From the IMG/VR virus record IMGVR_UViG_3300025247_000003, positions 1-54,854 of that record: a DNA stretch of 54,854 nt. One strand, written 5' to 3'. The stretch is from a virus (lineage: Duplodnaviria; Caudoviricetes). Shown here one piece after another: positions 43,558 through 53,071 of this stretch. The notes under the pieces were generated by a model, which searched no databases, was not told where the DNA came from, and saw only the letters and a list, made by a program, of their open reading frames with translations. A program made the position numbers and the translations under genes. Position 1 is the stretch's first letter. Each line of letters begins with the position of its first letter.

Positions 43558-45554
43558 TGGCTGACGATATTGCTCGCCTTGGATATGAGATTGATAGTTC
43601 GCAAACCCGCACCGCTGCCAGCGACTTGGATAAAATGGCGGCGGCGGCTGAGCGCGCTGCAAAAAGCCATACAAATCTAGACAAGGCGTCGAAAAATCTA
43701 CTCAGAGATGAGCAAGGTAGGTTCCTGTCCGCGCAACAAGCGGCTGATAGGTACGGCGCGGAAATTGACATGTTGCGGCAGAAATACATTCCGATGTATG
43801 CCGCATCAAAACAACTTGCTGCATCTCAAGATGAAATAAAACGTGCACTTGAACTTGGGGCTATTACCGCCAAGCAGGCTGAAGCGGCACTAGAAAGGCT
43901 TGACGCACAGTTTCTCCAAACCGGCAATGCGGCGCAGGTTATGGGTAAGAATATGCAAGCTTCGGCCATGCATTCAACGAACCTGCTATTCCAGTTTCAA
44001 GATATTGGGATGATGCTTGCGGCGGGACAAAACCCGCTGATGCTGGCAATGCAGCAAGGTACGCAAGTTGCTGGTGTGTTTCACCAAATGAAGGTAAGCG
44101 GTCAGTCTGCATTTAGTGGTATCAAAGCTGGCCTTCTTGGCCTTGTGTCACCGATGTCTCTTGCAACAATTGGCATTATTGCTGGTGGTGCTGCGTTGGG
44201 CCAATGGGCTATTGCGGCAATTACCGCTGGTAATGACGCTGATTACTTTAAAGACCGTGTTGATGAACTAAACGATATTGTTGGCAAGGCTGACGATCTA
44301 ATTGACATTCTGACGTCAGAAATAGGGGAGCTTGAAGAAAAATATTTGTTTGCTGCCGAGCGAACGAGAGAGTTTGCGGCGGCGCAGGCTGAACTTGCGG
44401 CTTCTCAAGCTGAACGCAGGCTTAGGGATCAGATCCCTCTGCTAAACAGTCTTGTTCGTTCTTACGATAAGGTTGGCGCTGCGGCTGCATTCGGCGGCGG
44501 TGAAATTACCGGCGTAATCCGCGTCATGGAAGATTTCGGGATCGAATCACAAGAAGTCGCGGCGAGAGTGCAGGACGCTCTTTTGGCGATTTCAGCGGCA
44601 GATAACTTTGATCAACAGGCTGACGCATTAAGGGGTCTTATAGGTACACTAGAAGAAGCTGAAGTTGCCGCAGCAGACATTCCACCAGAATTACAGCGTG
44701 CTATTGATGAAATGATCACGCTAATCCGTGAAACGGATGCGGCAAAAGCGGCGATGGATAGACTGGCCGGGGCGGCGGCTGGCGTGACTATAGGCGTACC
44801 TTTGTACATGCAGGGCCTTGGGGGTGAGGAATTACTTCCTCCGCCGTCTGCCAGTGCCCCCAAAAAAGGTAGAAGCGGCGCAGGTGCGGCTAACCGCCGC
44901 CAACGCGAATTAGAACGCTTTATTGAAAGCCTCATGACCGAACGCGAGGTATTGGAGCAATGGCGCACCGAACAGCTTGAGTTGCTTAATCAGTATAATG
45001 AAAAGGAGCTTGAGGCTATTGGTGGGCAGGCTGAAGCCAAGCTTCGAATTCAAAAAGAGTATATGGAGGGAATGGCCGAACTCCAGCACAAAGAGCGCAT
45101 AAACACGCTCAATACATACTCAACCATTTTTGGCAACATGGCTCAGCTATTTGAGGCGGGCGGTAAAAAGACGTTTGCCATTGCTAAAGCGTTCAGCATT
45201 GCGCAAGCTCTTGTTAACTCGTACCGGGCATACACTGAGGTATTGGCCGATCCATCGCTTATTGGTCAGCCTTGGTTGCGCACGATCCTTGCTGCCTCTA
45301 CGCTTGGCGCTGGTCTAGCGCAGGTTGCCAACATTGCCAGCACTTCATTTGGCGGAGGCGGCGGCGCTGGCGCAGGACGTGGCGGCGGCGGTTCCGCGCC
45401 ATCATCCGTATCAGCCCCAGTCCAGCAAGACCCTGAGCGTGTGGTGCGGATAAGTGTTCAAGGCGATAGATGGATGCGTGATCTAGTGGAAGGTCTGTTG
45501 ACGCAAATTTATGAGGCAACTGAAGACGGTACAAGGGTAGTGGTGCAACGATGA
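43557..45554 (+). CDS. Tape measure protein
   Basis: 665 aa, Ala-rich helical; FQFQDIG..LA.GQNP....QQG.Q motif. Confidence 0.92.
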   Translation: MADDIARLGYEIDSSQTRTAASDLDKMAAAAERAAKSHTNLDKASKNLLRDEQGRFLSAQQAADRYGAEIDMLRQKYIPMYAASKQLAASQDEIKRALELGAITAKQAEAALERLDAQFLQTGNAAQVMGKNMQASAMHSTNLLFQFQDIGMMLAAGQNPLMLAMQQGTQVAGVFHQMKVSGQSAFSGIKAGLLGLVSPMSLATIGIIAGGAALGQWAIAAITAGNDADYFKDRVDELNDIVGKADDLIDILTSEIGELEEKYLFAAERTREFAAAQAELAASQAERRLRDQIPLLNSLVRSYDKVGAAAAFGGGEITGVIRVMEDFGIESQEVAARVQDALLAISAADNFDQQADALRGLIGTLEEAEVAAADIPPELQRAIDEMITLIRETDAAKAAMDRLAGAAAGVTIGVPLYMQGLGGEELLPPPSASAPKKGRSGAGAANRRQRELERFIESLMTEREVLEQWRTEQLELLNQYNEKELEAIGGQAEAKLRIQKEYMEGMAELQHKERINTLNTYSTIFGNMAQLFEAGGKKTFAIAKAFSIAQALVNSYRAYTEVLADPSLIGQPWLRTILAASTLGAGLAQVANIASTSFGGGGGAGAGRGGGGSAPSSVSAPVQQDPERVVRISVQGDRWMRDLVEGLLTQIYEATEDGTRVVVQR

Positions 45555-46342
45555 GCGTAGAGATTGAAACAGGCGCTACGGATACCGCCAATGCAACTGT
45601 ACTTTATCAGAACATCTTTGAAAATGGGACAGTAACCACCAACAGCCAAACATCAGACGGTGCTGCGCTCAATGCTGTAGAGGATACAACATTTGATTTC
45701 TGGACGCCCGCAGGTGTACCGGCTCGTATTAGAGTTGACTACGGCGAAGATGTAGAGTGCGATTGCATGGGGATTGCATCCCACACGGCTGGTTCAGAAG
45801 GAACCACAATAGTTGTTGAATACTCAGATGATGGGGTTTCGTTCACTGAGGTAGCATCCGTATCACCACTTACAGACGACACAATAATGGTTATCTTCCC
45901 ATCAACAAGTGCGCAATATTGGCAGATCAGGCAAACCGATGCGGCTTGCTCTATAGGAGTTGTGAAGCTTGGCAAACGTCTCGTATTTCCTTCTGGGGTG
46001 ATCAGCGGGCATATTGGTATCAATCATTCCAGCCGTGTTGAGCTTCTTACGCCGAATGTAAGTCAGCAAGGGCAATTCCTTGGAACACGCGTCAAACGAA
46101 TAGGCGCGCGCGCAAACATAAACTTTGGACAGATTGAGACTGATTTTGTCGATAATGATATGGCTATGTTTGAGTATCATTTCAATTCCGGTCGCACTTT
46201 CTTTTACGCAGGGTCACCGTCCGAGTGGCCGGAAGACTACGGATACGCATGGCGTGCAGGCCGAGAAATGAGGCCATCGTATGATGAAGGCGGAGAATTG
46301 TCGCAAGTAGACATTGAGGCGGATTTCTATGTCGAGCAATGA
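45551..46342 (+). CDS. Distal tail/tail tip protein
   Basis: Directly after the tape measure gene; beta-rich. Confidence 0.7.
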   Translation: MSVEIETGATDTANATVLYQNIFENGTVTTNSQTSDGAALNAVEDTTFDFWTPAGVPARIRVDYGEDVECDCMGIASHTAGSEGTTIVVEYSDDGVSFTEVASVSPLTDDTIMVIFPSTSAQYWQIRQTDAACSIGVVKLGKRLVFPSGVISGHIGINHSSRVELLTPNVSQQGQFLGTRVKRIGARANINFGQIETDFVDNDMAMFEYHFNSGRTFFYAGSPSEWPEDYGYAWRAGREMRPSYDEGGELSQVDIEADFYVEQ

Positions 46343-48095
46343 GGACAGAGAGCCAATCGAATGGATCGAGATAGACCTTGACTATTGCAACCTGACTTTT
46401 GGCAATGCGCCATGCACAGCGGCGCTGTCCTCCAACACTGATAGGAAGTGCTTCAACACTTTTTTTACGTGCAAGGATCAAGCTAACTTCGATAAAGGCA
46501 CGCTGACATATAAGCTTGTCATGCCTCGCAGTAATTATCCAAAGGGCGAGACGACTTTCCCTTGCCTTATATCCGTATCCGGACGCAGTGCAACAGCAAA
46601 CATTGCTGGATCAGATGACAGCCTTTACCCGCTAGGCGTCCGTGGCTCTATCACTGCGGAGTTTTACGACTTTCCTTATCACGACAGATTTATGGATAAG
46701 TACCAATCTGAGCGTGTTAGTGGTGATGCGCAGTTTAGCGGCGTTGGGTATGACCCAAAAGCCTTTGGTACTTTTTGGAGCAAGCTTAGGGCACGTAATC
46801 CAAACTACGCCAACAGGCCAATGCGCCATTGTGTTGGGTATTTAGACGGCGGCATTCTGACTACAGAAACCGTTCGTAATTTCATCATCACAGAAGTAAA
46901 GCGTAATACGTCAAGTGGACGCGCTACAATCATCGGCAAGGATGTATTGAAGCTTGCTGACAATGATCGTGCAGTTGCTCCCCAGCCAAGCCGTGGGCTG
47001 CTTACAGAGGACATTGAGGAAAACACACTCCCAACATTCACGCTAAATCCAGTTGGTATTGGCGATGAGTACGCATCAAGCGGGTTTGCCGCTATCGGCT
47101 CTGAGATTGTCGAATTCACTAGAAGCGGAGACGATATAACACTAACCAGAAGAGGTGTTAGCGGAACCGATCCTAGCAGTCATAGCGTTGATGACACATT
47201 CCAACAAACATTCAGCCCACGACGTACACGTATCGATGACGTTGTATATGATCTGCTGGTTAACTATGCTGGCGTTGATGCGTCTTTCATAACTTTTTCT
47301 GACTGGGAAACAGAAACAACAAGGTGGGCACCATCTCTAAGGCTTACTGCCGACATTATGAAGCCTACTGGCGTTGCTGAGTTGATAGGCGAGTTGGCCG
47401 TTCTTGGCGTAACTATCTGGTGGGATGAGATAGATCAGAAAATCAGGTTTCTGATTAACCGACCTGTTGATACAGAAACCGTTAAGGTAATCAACGACAG
47501 AAACAATATTATTGACGGCGAGCAAGAGGATAGGGATAAAGACAGGTTGACGGAAGTCCTGTTTAATACCGTCCAGATTGATCCAAGTAGCGGCGTTGAT
47601 GAAGGTAACTTTGCGCGCGGTGAGTATGTTATCGATGCGGAAAGTAAGCTAGGAAATTCGTTCGGTGATAAGCGCATAAAAGTTATCAATTGCCGGTGGC
47701 TTAACCACGGTGATAGTAGTTTGGCGCGTGTATTGTCTATCAGGCTATTGAACCGATTCCGCGTCCAGCCGGTAAGATACTACGTTGATGTTGATTATCG
47801 TGATGACGTGAGCGTTGCCGATGTTGTCGAATTAACATCTGACTTCATCACATCTGATACCGGGATACCGGAGGCGCAACTTTCTCAGGTTGTGAAGAGA
47901 GAAGATATTGAGGCTGGTCATAAGGTGGCGCTTACCTTGCAGCGCTTCCAGTTTGACCAAAGGTATGCCTATTTTACAGAGAACAGTCGTCCGGTTTATA
48001 CTAGCAGTAGTGATGCGCAAAAAGCGCGCGGTGCTTATTGGGTTGGTGCTACAGAGATATTCGGAGATGGCGGTGATGCTTACAGGTTCGCATAA
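46329..48095 (+). CDS. Tail tip hub protein
   Basis: DLDYC.LTFG..PC.A....KCFNT..TC; position. Confidence 0.75.
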   Translation: MSSNEDREPIEWIEIDLDYCNLTFGNAPCTAALSSNTDRKCFNTFFTCKDQANFDKGTLTYKLVMPRSNYPKGETTFPCLISVSGRSATANIAGSDDSLYPLGVRGSITAEFYDFPYHDRFMDKYQSERVSGDAQFSGVGYDPKAFGTFWSKLRARNPNYANRPMRHCVGYLDGGILTTETVRNFIITEVKRNTSSGRATIIGKDVLKLADNDRAVAPQPSRGLLTEDIEENTLPTFTLNPVGIGDEYASSGFAAIGSEIVEFTRSGDDITLTRRGVSGTDPSSHSVDDTFQQTFSPRRTRIDDVVYDLLVNYAGVDASFITFSDWETETTRWAPSLRLTADIMKPTGVAELIGELAVLGVTIWWDEIDQKIRFLINRPVDTETVKVINDRNNIIDGEQEDRDKDRLTEVLFNTVQIDPSSGVDEGNFARGEYVIDAESKLGNSFGDKRIKVINCRWLNHGDSSLARVLSIRLLNRFRVQPVRYYVDVDYRDDVSVADVVELTSDFITSDTGIPEAQLSQVVKREDIEAGHKVALTLQRFQFDQRYAYFTENSRPVYTSSSDAQKARGAYWVGATEIFGDGGDAYRFA

Positions 48096-48647
48096 ATGAC
48101 AACTTACACCGAAATTCTTGATACCCAACTCGATCCGGACGCGCCGATTACGTCTGCTCTTGGATACCAGCTTAGGGATAACCCTGTCGCTCTTTCCGAA
48201 GGCGCAGAGGATGCCCCAAAGATATCGCCAACAGCGCTAGGTTCTTTGTTCCTTGGTTTTATTCAAGTGCCTACAGATAGTAACTACGTGGAAATAACTG
48301 ACCTTGATAGAGTTAAGACAATTATAATGCACGGCGCTTACCTAGCTCCAAGCGCAGTATCTAATCGGGCGTTTCAGATTTCTTACTCTGACGATAACGG
48401 GTCTAGCTGGGAAACTGAACAAGACTTTTTTACACCAAACCAAGACATTGACGGATTTATTGCCATTCATTTTGACCTTGAGACAGGTGCGGTTGATGTT
48501 TCTGCGTCTCGTGATGGCGGTAATAGAACTGTGGAGACTAGCACGCTAACAGTACCGTCTGATGTGAACGCGATTAGGATACGAAATGAGGCCGTAGGCG
48601 GAGCAATAGACGCCGTCGCGGTTGCGATTGGTGGGGTGTCCCCATGA
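48096..48647 (+). CDS. Minor tail protein
   Basis: DPDAPITS.L..QLRDNP.A..EG...AP N-terminal motif. Confidence 0.7.
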   Translation: MTTYTEILDTQLDPDAPITSALGYQLRDNPVALSEGAEDAPKISPTALGSLFLGFIQVPTDSNYVEITDLDRVKTIIMHGAYLAPSAVSNRAFQISYSDDNGSSWETEQDFFTPNQDIDGFIAIHFDLETGAVDVSASRDGGNRTVETSTLTVPSDVNAIRIRNEAVGGAIDAVAVAIGGVSP

Positions 48648-48880
48648 TTGATAAGATTGGTGAAGGTTTGAATGCGATTATTGCGTCGGTTGTAGCGGCG
48701 GGGTTTGCGGCTAGTACGTGGTTGGTACGGCGTGTTTTGACTAATGAAAAGCAAATTGCTTTATTGGAGGCGGAACTAAAGTCACGACATGCTCAACGCG
48801 AAGAAGACAGGCAAGACGTGAAGGATTTAAAGTCTGATATTCGGTATATCAGAGAGAGAATGGACGGTATCAGTAGGTGA
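48644..48880 (+). CDS. Holin-like membrane protein
   Basis: One TM plus coiled coil; directly before the endolysin gene. Confidence 0.6.
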   Translation: MIDKIGEGLNAIIASVVAAGFAASTWLVRRVLTNEKQIALLEAELKSRHAQREEDRQDVKDLKSDIRYIRERMDGISR

Positions 48881-48884
48881 GGCA

Positions 48885-49604
48885 ATGAGCATTCAAAATC
48901 TTCTAGACTATCTCGGTAAATACGAAAGCGGCAATAACCCCAATGCTATTTGGGGTGGCGTTGATCGTCTTGACTACCCAATCCTTGATCCCACTAAAAT
49001 GACGGTTGGAGAAATTCTTGACTGGCAGGATAGTATCGACCGAAAGTATATGTCTGAGGCTGTTGGTGAATGGCAGTTTCTAGAGGATACTTTGCGCGGC
49101 TTGTATCGTCAGGCTGGGGTGTCACTTAACGATACCTTTAACCGTAATACACAAATTAAACTTGCAACCGGACTTTTAAAGCGGCGCGGGCTTGACGATT
49201 ACCTTTCCGGTAAAACTAGCGTAGAAAAGTTCGCTCTATCCCTGTCTAAAGAATGGGCGTCAATGCCGGTTCCGTATGACGTCAACGGAAAGAAGCGTGG
49301 TCAATCCTATTATGCTGGCGACAACCTGAACAAAGCCCATGCTGATGTTGACGAATTTCTTTATGTAATCCGCAGTGTTAAAGCCGAGCCGGAACGCGAG
49401 CCAAGGGATAGTGTCGCGCAAACCAAAACCATGAAAGGTATTGGGGCTGCGGCCACTGGTGTAGCTGGTGCAACTGGCACCGCAATTGCGGGGCTTGACG
49501 GGACGGCTCAAATCGTGCTTATATGCTTCCTATGTGTATCCGCTATAGCTTTGGGGTGGATGTTCAGAAACCGCATTAAGGGATGGGCCAACGGTGATCG
49601 CTAG
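48885..49604 (+). CDS. Endolysin (lysozyme fold) with C-terminal membrane segment
   Basis: LLD..G..ES, A.G.WQF...TL, EWASMP; hydrophobic C-terminus. Confidence 0.82.
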   Translation: MSIQNLLDYLGKYESGNNPNAIWGGVDRLDYPILDPTKMTVGEILDWQDSIDRKYMSEAVGEWQFLEDTLRGLYRQAGVSLNDTFNRNTQIKLATGLLKRRGLDDYLSGKTSVEKFALSLSKEWASMPVPYDVNGKKRGQSYYAGDNLNKAHADVDEFLYVIRSVKAEPEREPRDSVAQTKTMKGIGAAATGVAGATGTAIAGLDGTAQIVLICFLCVSAIALGWMFRNRIKGWANGDR

Positions 49605-49803
49605 TATCAAATCTTGGATTTACGGGATTGGCGCTGCCGTTGTATTTTTCCTAGGTGCTTGGCTTTATCATAAGGGCGGGTCTAATGCTCGCCGGGATAT
49701 GGAGGTAGACGACTATGAAAATGCTGAAGACATTCGCCGCAGGGTTAGCGTTGATCGCGCTGACGAGTTGCGGAAACACGATGACGCAGGGTGGCGCGAC
49801 TGA
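49594..49803 (+). CDS. Inner-membrane spanin (Rz-like)
   Basis: N-terminal TM; overlaps a lipoprotein gene. Confidence 0.65.
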   Translation: MIASIKSWIYGIGAAVVFFLGAWLYHKGGSNARRDMEVDDYENAEDIRRRVSVDRADELRKHDDAGWRD

Positions 49804-49942
49804 AAACGCATTATGCCAATTATGGGGTGAGAGCCTACCAACGAGGTCTAAAAGCGATACGCCGCAAACGAAAAATGAAATTCAAGAGGCGTATGCAGAC
49901 TTCGTAATCGCCTGTCCACAATGGGAGCATTTGGTGCCATGA
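49715..49942 (+). CDS. Outer-membrane spanin lipoprotein (Rz1-like)
   Basis: Lipobox LTSC; GGAGG SD inside the Rz-like gene. Confidence 0.72.
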   Translation: MKMLKTFAAGLALIALTSCGNTMTQGGATENALCQLWGESLPTRSKSDTPQTKNEIQEAYADFVIACPQWEHLVP

Positions 49943-50568
49943 TTGGGAAGGTATTTTTTGGGATTACTGTGGTATTATTTTGCCTTGGCATTGTAGTAGC
50001 CGGAAATCACTACGGCGCAGCAGACACATCACCAAACGCATCCGCTCATGTAAAAGTGCAACTTGAGAGCGGTCACGGATCGGCAACGCATATCGGCAAC
50101 GGATACTTTCTTACTGCCGCTCATGTCGTGACCGACAATGAAATTGTCGAACTTAAGTCAGACGACGGCAAGACATTTGATGCAACTGTTCTTTGGGTAA
50201 ATGCTAAATACGACATTGCATTGATGTATGTTGCGGAAACAAAAGTTGCAAGTGTTGACGTTGAGTGCCGAACACCCGGCCACTCAGAGGATCTTAGCCT
50301 TCGCGGTAATCCTCTTAACGCTGAAAATATTACAACTTGGGGTAAGGTTGCGGGTAGTATTCGTGAAATCGGACCTTGGCTTTCTGTAATCCCGGTAAAC
50401 GCGGCAATTGCACCTGGTATGTCTGGCGGAGGTGTGTTTGATGAGGATGGGGAATTAGTGGGCGTAAACGTTGGCGTGATGGTTATGCCGGTTGGTTTTG
50501 CAGGTGGTCCAGTAAGTCTTGCCTACGTTGTGCCTGCTGAAACTGTATGCTATCTTATGGGTAAGTGA
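49939..50568 (+). CDS. Trypsin-like serine protease with N-terminal membrane/signal segment
   Basis: TAAHV, DIAL, PGMSGG catalytic triad motifs. Confidence 0.88.
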   Translation: MIGKVFFGITVVLFCLGIVVAGNHYGAADTSPNASAHVKVQLESGHGSATHIGNGYFLTAAHVVTDNEIVELKSDDGKTFDATVLWVNAKYDIALMYVAETKVASVDVECRTPGHSEDLSLRGNPLNAENITTWGKVAGSIREIGPWLSVIPVNAAIAPGMSGGGVFDEDGELVGVNVGVMVMPVGFAGGPVSLAYVVPAETVCYLMGK

Positions 50569-50642
50569 ATTGGCCTGTCCGGTGTGCCTTTGCTTGTGCG
50601 ATGCCTCCTAACCGCAAGCATAAAGACCGGGCGCTATTTCCC

Positions 50643-50843
50643 ATGAACATAAAGCTTCCGTCATATTATCTTCATGGCCTTAGCTTCAAAGGCACAAACG
50701 AAAGTTTTTGCAGTCATGCATGGCGGATGAGGGGAAGTTGCATTTTATGGCGTATATGGGTACACGTATTCGGAGAAAGGCATTGTGAGGCAAGCTTTAG
50801 ATATTGGAGGAAGGTTAATGCGGACAACAAAAGTAAACACTGA
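50643..50843 (+). CDS. Hypothetical protein
   Basis: ATG 50643 just after a long hairpin. Confidence 0.5.
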   Translation: MNIKLPSYYLHGLSFKGTNESFCSHAWRMRGSCILWRIWVHVFGERHCEASFRYWRKVNADNKSKH

Positions 50844-51021
50844 AGTTGCGCAATACTTAATGAGGCAGTCGTTTGAAGAAGGATTTAGAGCGGCGGGTGG
50901 TTCCGGTAAATCAAGACTAAACCCAAGTAAAGGAAAATGGTTTGATTATTGGGTGCAGTCTAAAACGCGAGCCATGCTGATTGCTAATGGTGTTATTACA
51001 GGACAGGAGGGGTATAAGTGA
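50818..51021 (+). CDS. Hypothetical protein
   Basis: GGAGG SD. Confidence 0.55.
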   Translation: MRTTKVNTEVAQYLMRQSFEEGFRAAGGSGKSRLNPSKGKWFDYWVQSKTRAMLIANGVITGQEGYK

Positions 51022-52139
51022 CCCCAGACCAGCAAACCGCCGTAGACCTGCAAAAAACCGGCCTCACACAGGCGCAAATAGCCGACCGGATGGGGAAGAC
51101 ACCTGAAGCCGTTAAGAGCCTCCTGCGCCGCGCTAGGAAGTGGATGGACGCGCCTGATGGACAACAGAAAGCAATCGAGGTTAGCGGCCTTGACATTGAT
51201 CGCGCAAAGCATGGATGGCGCGTAATTCAGCATGAGGACGGATCGCGCGATAGCGTATTCTGGAAGTCTGATAGTGCCGACGAACAAAACGATCTACTAG
51301 AACGTATCGCAGACGCATTTCAATCTGTTCCTGCATATCGACCTAATCCAATAGCGCCGGTAAATGATGCGCTTATGACGGTATACCCGCTTTATGACAT
51401 GCACGCCGGTATGATGGCATGGGGCAGGGAAACAAGAGATCAAGACTACGACCTAGACTTGATGAAGTCGGACCTTATCAATTCCATTGAAACGATTTCG
51501 GCCAATTCACCAGCGAGCGATCACGCTGTAGTTATTTTCGGCGGCGACACAATCCATGTCAACGACCAGAAAAATGAAACGCCAGGAAGCGGTCATAAGA
51601 TGGATGCTGATGGGCGGTTTGAAAAGATCGTTGATATGACGATTGAAGCCGTAACCAATGCAATTGAGTTGCTATCCGAACGTCATGCCAAGGTTAGCGT
51701 GTACGTTATCAGGGGTAATCATGATGAGGAGAGCCACATAATTCTAAAGGCGGCTCTTAAGCAACGATACAGACTTTCTGATGCAATTGAGTTTCCTAAA
51801 ATCGACGCATGGGATAAGTCGGAAATCTATTGGCTTAGGCACGGTAAAAGCCTGATCATCATGCACCACGGCGACAAGTGCAAGCCGGAACGTTTGGCTA
51901 TGATTGCGGCGGACAAATGCCCTTGGTGGAGCGACACAACGCATAGGGTGATCCTAACTGGGCATTTGCATCACTTCAAGGTTCAAGATTTCCCCGGCGT
52001 TACGCATTACACGTTGCGGGCGTTCTGTCCGCCTGATGCGTACGGCGCTATGTTCGGAGGCAAACGTGGCGTTCAAGCTATGACGTTCAGCAACGTAAAG
52101 GGGCTTGTTAATCAAGCCCATGATCCGATTGAGAGGTAA
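51018..52139 (+). CDS. Calcineurin-like metallophosphoesterase with N-terminal HTH
   Basis: GLTQAQIADRMG; DMHAG, GGDTIH, GNHD, HHGD, GHLHH motifs. Confidence 0.85.
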   Translation: MTPDQQTAVDLQKTGLTQAQIADRMGKTPEAVKSLLRRARKWMDAPDGQQKAIEVSGLDIDRAKHGWRVIQHEDGSRDSVFWKSDSADEQNDLLERIADAFQSVPAYRPNPIAPVNDALMTVYPLYDMHAGMMAWGRETRDQDYDLDLMKSDLINSIETISANSPASDHAVVIFGGDTIHVNDQKNETPGSGHKMDADGRFEKIVDMTIEAVTNAIELLSERHAKVSVYVIRGNHDEESHIILKAALKQRYRLSDAIEFPKIDAWDKSEIYWLRHGKSLIIMHHGDKCKPERLAMIAADKCPWWSDTTHRVILTGHLHHFKVQDFPGVTHYTLRAFCPPDAYGAMFGGKRGVQAMTFSNVKGLVNQAHDPIER

Positions 52140-52144
52140 GTAGT

Positions 52145-52363
52145 ATGGAAGATAACGTAAACCACCCTAAACACTACACAGGTCACACCAGCGGCATCGA
52201 GTGTATCCAGATCACGGAACACATGGGTTTCTGTTTAGGTAATGCCGTCAAGTATATCTGGCGGGCAGATCTGAAGCATGACGCACTAGAAGACTTGCAA
52301 AAGGCGCGTTGGTATATCGACCGTGAGATTGAAAGACGTGATAAAGGAAAAACCCCGCACTAG
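52145..52363 (+). CDS. DUF3310-type protein
   Basis: VNHPKHY...IECI...FCLGNAVKYIWR..K...EDL.KA.WY. Confidence 0.88.
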   Translation: MEDNVNHPKHYTGHTSGIECIQITEHMGFCLGNAVKYIWRADLKHDALEDLQKARWYIDREIERRDKGKTPH

Positions 52364-52374
52364 GCGTGGGTTTT
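52348..52374. terminator. Bidirectional terminator between the convergent arms
   Basis: AAAACCC...GGGTTTT hairpin. Confidence 0.55.
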
Positions 52375-52375
52375 G

Positions 52376-52753
52376 TTAGGCAAAGACCTCAATCCTCGCG
52401 CCAACCCCATCAATGTTGACCTTTCCCCAGCTATCATAGCCGGATACCGAAATGTCCTTGCTGATAGTTGCTGCGTATTCTTTTCCGGCGGTGACGGCGG
52501 CGGTAATGCCTTTATGCATGTTGGATGAAACAAAATCAGCTACAGGGCGAATACGCTGCAAGCGCATGGCGCGTTGAACTATAACGTCCGACTTGCCCTT
52601 TTGGCGAAGGGCGCGTGCGGCGCAAGTTGTTCCGAAATACAGAACTTCACCGGATTCGTTTTCAAGCCCGACAGTTCTGGAAAGTTTAGACTTGCCGCAG
52701 CAATCGCAAGTAGTGACTTCATCAGTGATGCCGTGGATTTTGTAGATGGTCAT
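52376..52753 (-). CDS. Zn-binding hypothetical protein
   Basis: CDCCGK..L...YFGTTCA; TTGACG-18-TAGGGT promoter overlapping a terminator hairpin. Confidence 0.72.
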   Translation of the reverse strand: MTIYKIHGITDEVTTCDCCGKSKLSRTVGLENESGEVLYFGTTCAARALRQKGKSDVIVQRAMRLQRIRPVADFVSSNMHKGITAAVTAGKEYAATISKDISVSGYDSWGKVNIDGVGARIEVFA

Positions 52754-52836
52754 GGCATGTATCCTTCTGCTTCTTACACCCTACACCCACAAGAAAACCC
52801 GCGTCAACACAAAATCGACGCGGGTTCCAATCTTTT

Positions 52837-53070
52837 TTAGGATTTGCTAGGTACAGCCCGAAACCCGCTCACCAACATTGAACACAAATCCTCAAATCCA
52901 TCACGCCCCATAAAGCACTTGTAACCGTCCGAGTTTTCATAGCACTTGTAGCGCTCTCCGACTTTGTAAGCTGGTGACGCTGACACAATGCACTCATACT
53001 CCTGACCAGCCTGCCACACAAACTTTTTACTGTGTGACGTGGTATTAGGGCCATCTTTACGCAATGCCAT
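52837..53070 (-). CDS. Hypothetical protein
   Basis: GAGG SD after dnaN. Confidence 0.65.
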   Translation of the reverse strand: MALRKDGPNTTSHSKKFVWQAGQEYECIVSASPAYKVGERYKCYENSDGYKCFMGRDGFEDLCSMLVSGFRAVPSKS

Positions 53071-53071
53071 A

